Counted from the stretch's first letter, positions 17,600 through 58,796 are shown. The stretch is 64,000 bases of DNA from Chrysomallon squamiferum (GCA_012295275.1 CM022674.1:13392001-13456000); one strand, 5' to 3'. Program-made: numbers and translations. The notes: generated from the sequence alone by a model not told the origin.

Positions 17600-17821
17600 G
17601 GTTACGGACATGGATTCGGGCATGGACTAGGAAATGGTTTCGGACACGGTTTCGGAAATGGTCTAGGAAATGGTTTCGGACATGGATACGGACACGGATA
17701 CGGATACGGACATGGTCTGGGCAATGGTGTCGGACACGGATTCGGATTCGGAGGACGTGGTTTTGGAGGACGTGGTTTTGGAGGACGAGGACTTGGATTT
17801 GGTGGCAAAATTTATCACTAA
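16430..17821 (+). CDS. Secreted Gly/His/Tyr-rich protein, copy 6 (174 aa, most divergent)
   Basis: join(16430..16435,16833..17130,17601..17821). Exon 2 is 15 nt shorter; exon 3 is longer and Phe-richer and ends GLGFGGKIYH*; introns and 3'UTR are distinct from the other copies. Confidence 0.87.
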
Positions 17822-18618
17822 ATGATTCTGTCGTCAAACGTGTAATTCATCAGTTTAATAAATGTGCTTCTTTTCCTTGCTTTGTTTGTTTGATTTTGTT
17901 TAAAAAATTTAAAAAATAAATAAATAAATTTATCCAATTATTTATTTATTTATTTACTTACTTATTTACTTACTTATTTATTAATAATGTTTTATTTTTT
18001 ATTTTTTTCTTTCTTTTTTTTTTTTTATGTTTATTCTTTTTTCGGGGAGAGGAGGATCTTTGTTGGTTCTTTTCTTTTTTCTTTTCTTTTCTTTTTTTTT
18101 TCTGGTTTTGTTGAGGGGAGTTCCATCTATACAAGAAAATAAAATTAAAAAAAAATAAAATAAAAAAATAAAGGTTTCTCACACATAAAATAAAATAGAA
18201 CTTTAAAAACTAAATTTAATGAAAATATCTACTTCGATAAATACAATTTTATTTTAAAAAATTGTTTTGTGTCTTAGAGGGAAAGGAGATGATTGTCTAA
18301 GGTTGGTATATAATAAATTATTACAACGGTTCCCATCAAACCAGTCTACTGACAGTTAAAGATTGTATTAGGTAATAAAATATCTGTTGTATCAAATGTT
18401 TTTAGTTGCTAAGAATGGAGGTGTTTCGAGTGTAACAGAAGAGTATAGAAATCGACGCTAGCCATACTAAGGGAACTAACTCGTGACACCTTGTTCCGCT
18501 TCAGAAACAGTAAACTCATCGGTACTGCAGTTTTATTCGTTTCGTTCTAGGAAATAGGGTTAAATTATACTTTTTTCTTATTTATTTATTTATTTATTTA
18601 CTTGGTTACTGATTTTAA

Positions 18619-18675
<57 letters not shown>

Positions 18676-18724
18676 TTTTATTATATTTTATTTTATTTTT
18701 TTTTTTTTTTTTTTATCATTACAT

Positions 18725-18824
<100 letters not shown>

Positions 18825-19087
18825 AAATGTTGTTGTTGATCAGGCAAACAATTATATTATTTTAAAAAAAAAAAAAGACTCAAAGAATGACAAAAGAAAA
18901 GCTATCATGAAAGCCAACGATAAATGATCTAAACCAGTCAAGTTTACAGTACTGCATTTATTCTTACACGAATGTTTGTTAGTTAGCGTTTATTCCGATT
19001 TCATTTCCGTAGTGACGTTAAACCCGTTCTTGTAGATGGTTTTAAATTTAGAAAAATCTGAAAGTAGCAACGAAACAACAGCAGCAA

Positions 19088-19160
<73 letters not shown>

Positions 19161-19530
19161 GATTATGATGACGATGACGATGATAACGGTACATTTTACA
19201 AATAATAAAAATAAAGACAAATATACGCCATAGGATATTACTATATGATTGATTTTATTTGTTTTAATTGTTGATGAACAGGTAAAGCTTACAATACAAC
19301 TAATAATTATATTATTTACATACATGTACAACAGTAGACAGACATAGCACATGTTTACATTGTTGACGTCAACAGTAAAATCAATATCAATTTTTATGTA
19401 TTTTATTTATTTTATTTTATTTTATTTGTAACAAAAATAATTTGCACTTATTTTATTTATCTGTTTATCTGTTGGTGTTTTTTTAGCTGTTTATTTATCT
19501 TTTTATTTATTTATTTATTTATTTATATTT

Positions 19531-19573
<43 letters not shown>

Positions 19574-20492
19574 TTTGTTTGCTTTTTTGTTTGTTTGTTT
19601 GTTTGTTTATTTATTTATCTATTTATTGTATTTATTGTTTTCGGATTATTTTTTCTCTTATATTTATCTTTTAAGTTTTATTAAATTTTATTAAAGTTCG
19701 GTGAATAGTTTAGATAAGTTTGTTAGTCAAAGAATTTGGAATTTTTTCTCCGAAACAGATCTATCTAAGTATAACCTATATGTCTAAAGGGATTTTTTGG
19801 TTTGTTTCTATAATAATAACAGTCAAAAATAAAAATCGCAAAATATGAGATAAATTTGAATAGTCGAATAATATATATTTTTTATTTTTGTTTTTCTTAT
19901 TTTTTTAATTTTAATACAAGGTATTTATATATTATATTTACCTTCTAAAGATTAATAAGAAACCTATAAAATATTGTTATTTTTAATAACAACTATGTAG
20001 ATATATACGGAAAAGATTAATAGTAGTTATAATTATAGAGGTTATTATTTTTAATATTATTTCATAAAACGTACGTGTAAAAACATAACTGGTGACGAAA
20101 AAAAACAAATTGCAGATATATAAACTATTATTACGGCAAAATTATCACACAGTGTAATAATACTATTAATAAATGCAAAATAATAATTTCTTCTTCTACA
20201 ATAATCTGATGCTTATATTTTTATTTTATTTTATTTTTTTATTTTTTTTTTTTTTTTTTTTTTTCCACGTTTGATTTATCACAAACATTCCTCGCTTCGG
20301 GAATAGTTGGAAATCTTCGTGTCTTTCCGGCATGAATATGGCGAATATACCTGTGTCTACAGTTCAAAAGAGGTAGTAAAGTTTTAAATGAACGACGACG
20401 TCATTTTATAAATCAAATGTATACAGCTGCAGATAACTGATATTTTGGTAAATAATAATAATAATCAGAAGAAGAACAACAGCAACAACAAA

Positions 20493-20594
<102 letters not shown>

Positions 20595-20721
20595 TAACAA
20601 TAATAATAATAATAATAATAATGAAATGATACTTTTTAAATAAAAAGACTATATATTTAAAAAATAATAATTAGAAAAAATAAAACAGAGATAATAAATA
20701 AATAAATTTAAATAGTAAATG

Positions 20722-20767
<46 letters not shown>

Positions 20768-21027
20768 CCAAAATGATTGCCTACCCAACATTATAACTGC
20801 GACAAAACATGAAAACGTCATTATGAGATATCCAATCAAATTCATTTACAAAGAATAAATTGTTTCGTCACAGCCTAGATAAATCAACCGTGAACTAGTA
20901 GTAGGCGTCTCCTAGCGACAGATGTGTGAATTAAACAGCTGAAAACGTAGGTGGTTCATTTTAATCAGTTTTCGATAATCCTGTGACGTGGCATATTGTA
21001 TGACGTCATAACACCAAATTCATACGA

Positions 21028-46414
<25,387 letters not shown>

Positions 46415-47118
46415 AATGCTACACGAAAATTAACGAATATTTCAAAATTACTGTATCCTTTTCACACTCTCATTTATCCTCGCTTTGTATCCGTTAACTC
46501 CATGCTGTTGATTTTTTTCCCCGTCTTTTTGTCGTCTTTTATGAGGTTTAATTGTGGTTTAAAAAAAAAAAAAAATAAAAAGCAATTCGGAGTAATAATA
46601 AATAGTAATTAAAAAAATAAAAATGTTTTTAAGAATTTTCAGTAAGCGAAAAACTAAGACCGTGCGATGGAGTTACGGTTGTTTGTGGTCATTGTCGGTA
46701 TTTGACAGTGTCAAGAAAATCCGCAGGTCAAAAGACTGACCACTGAGGCGAATAGCGATATTTCGTAAAACCGCTGGTTCCATGTATTGAGGTTTCATTG
46801 TGACTGACCGCCAGATGGCAGTTAGCATGAAGAATCTCACGTGATGACTCATTATCGGAAGACTATTTGCGCCAGCCACTATACTTTGCTACGGTTTCAT
46901 TCTCGCTTTTTTTTTTTTTTTTTTTTTTTCGTTATACTAGTTGCAGCACGTTTTCTAGGGCGGATCTAGGGTTCGTGCCAGGGGTGGCCAGTTTTGAACC
47001 TATTTATGTAAAAATAATTTGCTTCATTAAAAACTTACATACCTCTACTTGAGAACAATCAGAAAACTGCTATTTATTGCTATTTGTAACAACGACGACA
47101 TCGACATGAACAACAATA

Positions 47119-47158
<40 letters not shown>

Positions 47159-47237
47159 GCGACAACAATAACAACAACAACAACAAAAACAGTAAAAAGA
47201 AGATGCCAAAGAAAAAAAAACCTAAAACAATAACAAT

Positions 47238-47270
<33 letters not shown>

Positions 47271-47973
47271 GTTAGAGTAACTTATTAAACCATGCTGCTG
47301 ATGTTGCTTCACAAAAAAAAAGAAAAAAAAAGAGAGAAATCTCTGATAACAAGAAATATTTAATGTGCAGAAGAATCAATATGCATTGTTTATTTTCATA
47401 ATACAACAATTTTCTAATTGTCCTTAAAACCGTTTTCGATCGATTGTACGATTGACGAGCCAAAAGATGAGATCTGCTCTTGAGTTCGGAGTTATCGACC
47501 CTGATCACAAATGAGCTTCCGGGTTCGACTTCCTGTCGACACAATGGCGGAACAATAAAATATACTCGCTTGAACCTAATATTCAGAACATGACAAATTA
47601 GCGATTATCATTTGTGTTCTCTTGCCTAGCTTGTTCTCTGTGCAGTATGTTAGTGCAGTTGATTGATTTTTGTTTCATATTGTAAAAAGGAACGAACTAA
47701 AAATAGATTCCAGCGTAATATTTCAGCGTGTGAATCATAAAAGGAGAAATTTCCATGTAGATATATGAATTAGTAAGCAAGTAAATAAGTAAGTAAATAA
47801 GTTAGTAAATATAAAAACGGGATCAAGCAGGGATATTTTTATATTGTTTTTATTTATTTATTTAGTTAGTTAGTTAGTTAGTTAATTAGCTATAATTTTA
47901 ATTTTTGTTTTTTTCTTTTTGTTTATATTATTTAATCATTTATTGATTTATTTATTTATTTAATTATTACTGC

Positions 47974-48027
<54 letters not shown>

Positions 48028-48815
48028 TTTAGTATCTTTCTCTCTTTCTTGGTTTCTTTATTTTTATTTTATTTTTATTTTATTTTATTTCATTTTATTT
48101 TATTTTCAGTCTAATATTAACATGCACATACAGAGATATACCTCACAAATCCTGCTTCTCAGCCTTACTGTTCAAATACCATCTGGTGTGCACCTTTCAC
48201 CTCTGCTGGCCAAATGTTCCCTCAAAACTACATCATTTTTCTAATTCCCCAGAGTCCGGCAAATTGCTACGAAAACAATGGTTGTTGTCATAAGATAAAT
48301 GAACATTTTTAGTATAAAATAGTCCATGATGTAGACTTGATGTTCTAAGACCTTACACACGTGTGTTTTATTATCAAATCAGTAGCTGGAGGTCACAGAG
48401 GTCAAACGACATGTAGTTCCGACATCTTGATTTTATTTGCCGTACAGATGGTATGCTTTTGCGGCTTCTGTTTTCATTTTTGCCGCGGTGGGCCTTTTAA
48501 TAAGATAAAAATGAACGCAGAGGGAAAATATGTTGCGTCTGAGATTTAACGAGATGTTTACTTTAGGACGTAAAGGTACAAAGATCGAATCCAGGTAGGA
48601 GAGAGTTTGAATGTGGGAGTGTAAGAGCAGTACATTTTATTTTTCTTGCTAACTAATCTTCTAACATACTAACACACTAACACTAATTCGGCGTTGGTAA
48701 TAAAAGAACTGAGTGTGTTTACACGTTAGAAATGTGTATCAAAACTGGAGTAGAGTTTAGAATACTGTTGTTTTTTTGTTGTTATTACTTTTTATTATTA
48801 TTATTATTATTATTA

Positions 48816-48853
<38 letters not shown>

Positions 48854-48857
48854 CTAT

Positions 48858-48898
<41 letters not shown>

Positions 48899-49400
48899 TA
48901 TTTGTTCGTCTTTTTTTACTATTATTTTAATTTATTTTTGTATTTTATTTTGTTTATTTATATTTATTACCTTATTATCATTATTATCACCATCATCATT
49001 ATCAGTATTATATATATATGTGTGTGTGTATGTATGTATGTCTTTGTATGTATGTATGTATGTATGTTTTTTTTAAATATTTATTTCATCATCATCATCA
49101 TAATTTAAAAAGCAAACAAAGATAACAAAATCAAAACAAACTAAAATGAGGATATGCTCGACAGGAAAAGATGTTATGTGAATTATAAAAACAGTAATTA
49201 CTCTACTTTTTATCAGTTTGTTTAACACGATAAAGAAAGGAAGCTAAACATTGTGCGGCGGTAAAGACTTCTCTTGTGCTTCAGTTATAAAAACGAATTT
49301 TACAATACTGAACCTTTCCACTTTCTTCCTTTATTACAAAAAGATATACCCTTTTTCACATGGTTTTATTGATATTTGGTTGTAGTTGAATTTATATATG

Positions 49401-49496
<96 letters not shown>

Positions 49497-50490
49497 GAGA
49501 GAGAGAGAGAGAGAGACACACACACACACACACACACAAAAAACATACATTCATATACATACATATAAAAAAAAAAACTTGTTTGTTTTCTTCTCTTACG
49601 TTACCAGATGACGTTCTCCAAAATGCCGTTGTACAGTTTATAATGTACATTAGTAATACACAATCTCGTCCAACAGTTTAACTGACAGCTTCGTTCATCG
49701 ATAAATTTCATAAACTTTGGTACATCTTACGAACCAAACAGTGGTGGAAGTCGTACACGTTGCAAGAAAGACGGGATGCAACAACAACAACAACCACAAC
49801 AACAACAACATCAATAATAATAATAATTAAAATTTTAATACCTCAAAACACAAGCTATTAATATGAGAAGGGAGTCAACGTTTATTTGAAATTAATATGA
49901 AACGTTTAATGACTCAGTAGAAATAGATTTTTTCTTCTTAATATTAATCAAATTGCTTGATGTGAAGTATTAACTGTTCATTTACTGTCTTTCTTATTTT
50001 CGTATGTGTAATAGATCATCGCAGTGACTCGTTTTGACAGAAACCAAATACTGCCCACGTCAAGCGTACTTAACAAAGAATACTGTTCTAAAACTTATCT
50101 TTATTACAAGTATCAAAGAGAAAGGTTAACTTCATTAATTTAATGAGATCTTTTATAGAATTATTATTATTATTATTATTGTTGTTGTTGTTCTTCTTCT
50201 TCTTCTTCTTCTTCTTTCATTGTTACATTAGTTTTCAAATATTTAGATATTTTATATTTATTTTTTACTGTACATGCTGTTATTTTTGTTTTTGTTTTGT
50301 TTTTGGATTGGGTTTTGTTGAGGAGGTTGAAAATGTTGTTTTTTTTTTTGTTTTTTTTCTCTCAGTGTTAAATTTAAGAGGAGATAATTCTTCTTGAAAA
50401 ACTAAAAATCTGAAAGACTGGTTTCTGTTATTCTTTATTCTTCTTCTTCTTCTTTAACTTTTTTTAAATTTTATTTTATTATTTTTTTTA

Positions 50491-50531
<41 letters not shown>

Positions 50532-51195
50532 TTTTTTTGCTTCATAGCAATTTATACAAGTGCTGTAAATAAATAAATAAATAAATAAATAATGTTCTCC
50601 ATTTCGGCTGAAATATCTTCTAAAACTTTTATTTCCAAGAACAAATATGAACTCATGGATTTTGAAGCGAATTTCGTATCTTCAGTGGGAAAAATATATA
50701 TATACTGCAGAGAATTCCCAAATTATAACACATCTGATCTATTTCAAAGAACAGTTAAGAAGTACACATTTTGAAGTATATTAGTAAACAAACAAAAACT
50801 AGTAATTTTGTTAAAATATATTTTTATTATTAATACTATATCTTTTAACAATTGATATAAAGGCACATTAAAAAGCAATCACTATAAATTAAAATAATTT
50901 AAAAAAATAATAACAAAAAATATTAAGCTATTTTCTTTCAAAAGTTAAAAGCCAAAGATTTATAGATGCTTATTAGACAAAATGTCCAAAATTTCTTTAA
51001 TTAAATATAATAGTTTTAAAAATACTGACAGCTTTATAAAGTTATTGAGCTGTGACAGTATTTTGAATATAACAATGTTAAAATAATACTGATTCTCTTT
51101 ACAAAATTATTTTTAAAAAAAAATAAAAAATTATTTAATATCATGTTTAATTATTATTATTTATTTATTTTATTAGCATTATAATTATTATTATA

Positions 51196-51263
<68 letters not shown>

Positions 51264-51375
51264 GGACCATTTTGCAGTATGCTAAAATTTCAAATAAACT
51301 AAAACATTGATTATTTGTTGTCTCCCCTGACAGATTAAGAGGGATAACTCTTGTATGAAAATAATCAGAAACATT

Positions 51376-51778
51376 TCATTTGAACGTTGGTTTCGTTTCT
51401 TCTTTATAATTGCACACCATATCAATTATTAATCTGAAAAATAACACAGCATCATTCAGAACGGTAGTGTTATACATTAAATTATCATAACAATGATGAT
51501 TATGATGAAGATATAAATGTCAACAACTAATATAATTTTAGAAAATATAAAGTATTGTTCAATAAATAAATAAATAAATAAATAAATAAATTATTTAATT
51601 AATTAATGAAACAGATACAAAAATAAAGCAAACAGATATAACAAATAAGCAAAACAAACAAACAAACAAAACAATAATAAATAAATAAATAAATATAAAA
51701 AAAAAGAAAACATAAACCAGATTGAATAAATGAATAAATTCACAAAATGAACAAAAATAATAATAAAATAATAATAAT

Positions 51779-51831
<53 letters not shown>

Positions 51832-51924
51832 AAAAATGTATATACATATATATATACATATATATAATAAACATTACTAAACAAAAATCCACAATATTAA
51901 TAACAACCAAATAAACAAAAACAA

Positions 51925-51986
<62 letters not shown>

Positions 51987-52041
51987 TAATAAGAATAATA
52001 ATAATAATAATAATAATAATGATAATAATAGTAATAATAAC

Positions 52042-52088
<47 letters not shown>

Positions 52089-52104
52089 TAACAATAACAA
52101 TAAC

Positions 52105-52155
<51 letters not shown>

Positions 52156-52348
52156 TAGCTCACTTCATTCCAAATCCAGCGAGGAAGCACGAACACATAA
52201 TGCCAAAGACAGGATCTAAAACCCACAGACGACTGTCGTTCTCAAACGCGAGCATACTTATACAACTCGCCAGACTCACAGCCGCCCCCGTGTACGTGAT
52301 CACACCTACAACACAAACACGTCACCACAGCTTTCATTTTATATTATA

Positions 52349-52415
<67 letters not shown>

Positions 52416-52486
52416 TAATTAGAAGAAGAAGAGAAATCTATCTGTATTTTCGTTTTTCATTATTTATTTTTTTTACTTTTTTTTGT

Positions 52487-52564
<78 letters not shown>

Positions 52565-55340
52565 TATTGTTTTCTTTAAATATATTTTTAATATTTATTT
52601 ATTTTTCATTTTTTTTTTTTTTTATTATTATTTCTGTTGTTGTTGTTATTGATGTTATTAAGGTCTTTTAATGTTTCCAATAACTAACAGTAAAAAAAAA
52701 AAAAAACGTTTAAAATGAAACCACATAAGACTTGTGAACTACAAACATAGTTTGAAATAAATAAAAAGATTCTCACTGTCTGTAAGAAGAACTCTGCTCT
52801 CCAGCTCGTATCCCAGATACACTTTCAAAGTGCCTAAAATGAGCGATATCACGCCACTGATAACTGCAAAGGCCAGCAACCCGGCTGACTGAAATATTAC
52901 AAAACGGGACACCATCAGTTTGGACTGTTTAACAACGGGATGTCTCATACGTAAATATTACGATTCAGTACACCGTAAGTTTAAATTATTAAATTATTTA
53001 ACAAAAGGATGTTCGCTATGCAAATATTACAGTTCAGGGCACCAACAGTTTGAACTATTTAACAATGGGATGTCTCTTACGTAAATATTACGATTCCGTA
53101 CACCGTAAGTTTAAATTATTTAACAAAAGGATGTTCGCTATGTAAATATTACGATTCAGGGCACCATCAGTTTGGACTATTTAACAACGGGATGTCTCAT
53201 ACGTAAATATTACGATTTAGTACACCGTAAGTTTAAATTATTTAACAAAAGGGTGTTCGCTATGTAAATATTACGGTTCAGGACACCATCAGTTTGAACT
53301 ATTTAACAACGGGATGTCTCTTACGTAAATATTACTATTCAGGACACCGTGAGCCTGAATTATTTATCAAAAGGATGTTCACTATTTAAATATTACGATT
53401 CAGACCATCCTGTAATAGAAACTGGTAATACCCTTGTACGCGAGAACCGATTTTAACTGTAAACTGTAAAAGCTACTGTTAATACATGAGTATAAAAACA
53501 ATGTGAGTGAGTGTATGATGTATATATATTAGTAAAAGCATGTGAAGAAGAAATAAAACGTGTCTGGTGTATGTTTAGTGTGTTAATTACCTTGTGTTCC
53601 ACCAGCTTGACGACCAGGGCGTATATAGACTTGCACGTCAAACAGAAAGCCGCAACAAAGAAGAGTATAGCCACTATAATACACGCCCTGTGTGAATAAA
53701 ACAATAACAATAACAATAACAAAAATAACAATTAACAATAACAATAACAATAACAATAACAATAATAATAATAATAATAATAATAACAATAATAATAATA
53801 ACAGATTTCTCTACCACTTTCTCTACAGCTTTCCCTTTCACCCCCCCTGTAGCTTTCTTTCCCACACTTTCGTATGGCTTTTCCTTTCACCTCCCTCTAT
53901 TGCTTTCTCTCCTACCCACCCTGTCTCTATCGTGTTTTTTTTTCTCCCTTCCTCTGCAGCTTTCTCTCTAAAATCCGGTGTCTTTTACAAAACTTACTGC
54001 TGATCGTCTGTCAGTCTGTTATCGTGTCACTTACATTCTCTCTTTTCTTGGTGAATATAAAATGGCAGTGCTGCCAAAAAATCTCCAAATAACGACTGCC
54101 GAGGACATGCTGTCAAGAAGCGCATCAAGCTGGAATACAAAAATAAGTTTTTGTCAAAATTACGAAAACACGCGAAATACGTTTACTTAATTTTTTCTTT
54201 ATATAGTTACTATCCATTCGTATGAATTACAACGCTACTTTGCAGAAAGTACAGGAAGTAACAGTGTCAATGTGTTAATTTTCAGTAATTTAGAAATGTT
54301 TATGATATTTGTAGTTACCATTGTTTCATTATTCATCGTTGATTTCCGTGAATCCTCTTTTGAAAGGAGTAAATTTATTATTTAAGTATTATTATTACTA
54401 TTTTATGATTATTATTATTATTATTAATAGTACAAGTAGTAGTAATATCGTTACTATTATTATTATTACTCTACTATTATTACTAGTATTATTATTGCTA
54501 CTACTGCTATTACTGTTATTATTATTATTATTACTACATACTATTACTATTTTTATCATCAGCATCATCATTATTACGACATTAACATTGCTATTAATAC
54601 ACTTTTTTTCTTTTTCATCGTCTGTTAATTGTTTCCCATTTTATAAGCTTTCTTCACTCGGCTCAAACTTGAAATAAAAACGAAAGTTAAACAGAACAAA
54701 GTAAACTTACCCCATATCCAAACAATGTCTGACTGTGGTTCAGACTACTGAGAACTGAAATAGCAAATAACTGTTTTAAAATAGAGCTAAGAAAGGAAAG
54801 AAATACAACAGATAACAATTAGAACAGAACGTAAAGATTAACTGCGATGAGAAAATAAACTGAACACTTTTTTTGTATCGCTGTTATATTCATTCGTCAT
54901 CTCTGAGAAAGTTTTAAAAGGGAGCGTTAATTAATAATTGGGTTTTAAAGAGGTTTATATATTGTTGGTCCTGTTCACTGAACTGAACCTATTCCCCCTC
55001 TGTCCTCACTAAATCTTTATATTTTTCTCACCTCTTCGAAAAAATATATATTTATTATAGACACTCGCACAAGATGGTTCCTAATATTTAAATTAATTTT
55101 GTAGTTAACTATTCAGTAAGCCTTGGAAGTTTTATAAACTGTCAAATTACAACACAGAAGAAGGTCAGTTAGTAAATAAATAAATAAATAAATAAATAAA
55201 ACAAAATAATAATCATAGCATAGTAATAATTATCATTATTATAATACCAACAATAACAATTATAACAATTAATAATAACAACACTAATGATAATAATAAT
55301 ACTAATAATAATAATAATATTACTAATAATAATAATAACA

Positions 55341-55373
<33 letters not shown>

Positions 55374-55402
55374 GTAATAATAATAAATAATAATAATAAC
55401 AC

Positions 55403-55439
<37 letters not shown>

Positions 55440-56514
55440 TACCAATAGCTGCAACTCCACTTGCTAGAGGAAATACCACCGACAACCATGACACAGCAAT
55501 GGCGTACTTCCGGAATCGCGACGCAGTCGCGAAAGAAACACGACGTTGTACTGCATCCGTCAAACACGCTGTAACAAACATCATTCTACGTCAGTGCATC
55601 ATTTCACAACATCGTGGACAAACAGAGTAAATGAATGACTGTTTAACAAGACCCCATCACAAAAAATATATCGGCTACTGGATGTCAACCACGCTTGCAT
55701 GAAGTGAACATTTTTTAAATGAGGCAAAAACACCTCATTGCCGAGCTGAGCGGGGCAAAAACATTCGGTCGAGGTGTTCGGAGGCTAAGAACCATTGCAT
55801 GAGGGCAAGAACCAGGCTAAGAACCATTGCATGAGGGCAAGAACCAGGCTAAGAACCATTGCATGAGGGCAAGAATCAGGCTAAGAACCATTGCATGAGG
55901 GCAAGAACCAGGCTAAGAACCATTGCATGAGGGCAAGAACCAGGCTAAGAACCATTGCATGAGGGCAAGAACCAGGCTAAGAACCATTGCATAAGGGCAA
56001 GAACCAGGCTAAGAACCATTGCATGAGGGCAAGAATCAGGCTAAGAACCATTACATGAGGGCAAGAATCAGGCTAAGAACCATTACATAAGGGCAAGAAT
56101 CAGGCTAAGAACCATTACATAAGGGCAAGAATCAGGCTAAGAACCATTACATAAGGGCAAGAACCAGGCTAAGAACCATTGCATGAGGGCAAGAATCAGG
56201 CTAAGAACCATTACATAAGGGCAAGAATCAGGCTAAGAACCATTACATAAGGGCAAGAACCAGGCTAAGAACCATTGCATGAGGGCAAGAACCAGGCTAA
56301 GACTGATACGTGTGAAAAGGATGATGCATGCCTTAAATCATCAGGAGTTCGATAAACCTGTTTGATGTCTTTGAAGTCAGTTATATCTTCCACCGCAACG
56401 ATGTCGATCGACTTCAAACGGTAGCCGTAGACATAAATGAATTCATGCAGTGGATATCATTTCTATCTCACACACATACACACACACATGGTTTTATTAT
56501 TGTTATTATTATTA

Positions 56515-56558
<44 letters not shown>

Positions 56559-56753
56559 GTTATTATTACCAGGAAGTGTACAGTGCAAGTAAAACGTTGT
56601 GAAGAATTACCTCCCTTCAATTTGAAAATAACCAGTCAGTGATGTCATTTACACGTTCTGATGGGAATATTATTTCTCTGCCAGATTTAAATATTTAATA
56701 AACATAGGTCGTGCTTAAGGCGTAATATTGTAATTCTTTCAGGGGAAGAAAAA

Positions 56754-56825
<72 letters not shown>

Positions 56826-56917
56826 TTTCCCAAACAACTTGTCACAAACAAGAAAGAAAGAAAAAAAGAATTTAAAAATCTAGATATCACTTTTATCATA
56901 TAACATTTTTCTTTTTC

Positions 56918-56976
<59 letters not shown>

Positions 56977-58326
56977 GACATTTACTGTAAACTGATTCAT
57001 GTTACTATTAATATTTACTAAACCTAGCTCAAGGTGGATTTTTCGAAAATTTATGGTGAGGAAAAGCCCCAAAGTCTAATTCTATCACGGGTCAAAAGGA
57101 CAAGGCAAGATGAACGCCCTATTATCATTATATCTTAGATCACTTTGTTTATCTTAAAACGGTGTCGTTGTTATTATCTTACCATTACATCATTTTTAAC
57201 TTTATATTCTAGCTTACTTTATTTATCATAAAACTCAGTTATTTTCACTGCAAAGACATCCTATTTCAAACTTTATTTTTATTTTATTAATATCATCTTT
57301 TCAAAATAAAATAAATGATTCGGTAATTTAGTAAATAAATGAATAAGATATTTAAATAAATTATTAATTTGCTAAACTAGATAAATAAATAAATAAATAG
57401 TTTAATAACAAAAAATAAACAAATACGTAGGTAAATAAATAATGTAATAAATAACTTATTAAGCAAATAAATATTTAATAAATAAATAAATTTACCATCC
57501 TTTCCATTTCTTAAATATTCACGTATATAAATATCCATTAAAAAAGCGCTGGAGTATTTCTATGGCGACCATAAGAATAATTTACACGGGAAAGAATGGA
57601 AACTTGTGTGTTTGAAATGCCAAACGTCAGCCATAAGTGCGGAACTATGACGTCACTGAAATCCCCGGTTATTGCAGGGTGTGTTCGATTTCTGCAAATC
57701 CGTAACCGGTTTTGTTTATGACATCAAGATATTCATCTAACCGAAACCAGTTAACTTCCCAAACCATCAAATTCTCGCTTGCCACAAATAGATAACTAAC
57801 CAAAACTTAAGTTAGATCGTTAAAATTATAACCAAATTTCCACAGCTTTTTAGTTTTTTTGTTATGTTTTCTTTTTAATTTTATTATTATTATTAGTAGT
57901 AGTATCATTTTTATTGTTGTTGTTGTTGTTGATATGTTCGTGCTTATCTTACGATGATTTGCGTTGTATAAGGTAGATTGTGTTGTGTTATTATTTTATT
58001 TTATATATATATATATATATATTCTATTACTATTATCATCATCATCATCATCATCATTATTATTATTAATATATTATTATTATTATTATTATAGATGACA
58101 AATTCTTTTCTAACATCTCACCATATTTATGTCTCAATTTCAACAACAACAACAACACAGCAATAGTTCCAAATGTTACGAAAATAAAGTTTTCTGTACT
58201 GGCCTTAAACTCTGGGAAGTTGCAGAGGCCCTAAGCTGTTACAGAAAACAATGCACCGAATACTAGGTTCCATAACATCTTAAAAATAAAATGCAGGTTA
58301 CACACACACACACGCGCACACAGATT

Positions 58327-58357
<31 letters not shown>

Positions 58358-58747
58358 GTAGGGAGACAGTCAGAGACAGAGAGACAAAAAAAGAGAGACA
58401 GAGGCTGAAAGAAAGAAAGCTAAATTTGTGACATACTTAAATTAAACTGAAATGCGACGGAAATATTCCATTATTTCCATACTCTATAAATATAAAATAT
58501 TGGTTAAAAACAGTAATAAATATTCATAATTTTCATTTACCTGGACGATTAATTAATTTCAGCTACAATGTTTGTTTTTTGTTTTTTTTGTTTTTTTTGT
58601 TAATTGTATTCTGATAATAACAAATTTCATTTCATGCTTGTTGTTTATTTTTAGTCCGTGCAGAAAACAGATCAGACGGACATTTGGATGGACATCACTG
58701 GTTCTCCACCAGAGCTAGATTTTCTATCTATCTCGCTCTCTCTCTCA

Positions 58748-58796
<49 letters not shown>

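Noticed and set aside
17602-17808. Pro/Cys-rich ORF MPPNPSPRPPKPRPP... and the Arg/His-rich ORFs (3004, 3355, 6767, 7174, 13597, 16927)
   Set aside because: Antisense shadows of the Gly-codon-rich exons; the real frame has the signal peptide, splice sites and poly(A) signal.
47490-47545. tRNA B-box-like GGTTCGACTTCC (and an A-box-like GGTTCAGTGGTTAGA near 43027)
   Set aside because: No cloverleaf or matching partner box; at most decayed SINE fragments.
55782-56301. CRISPR-like 32-bp periodic array
   Set aside because: Units are head-to-tail with no unique spacers, there are no cas genes, and it lies in a eukaryotic intron: a minisatellite.
57100-57125. AGGCAAGATG resembling the miR-31/miR-72 5' end
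   Set aside because: The match does not extend beyond ~10 nt and no hairpin is evident.
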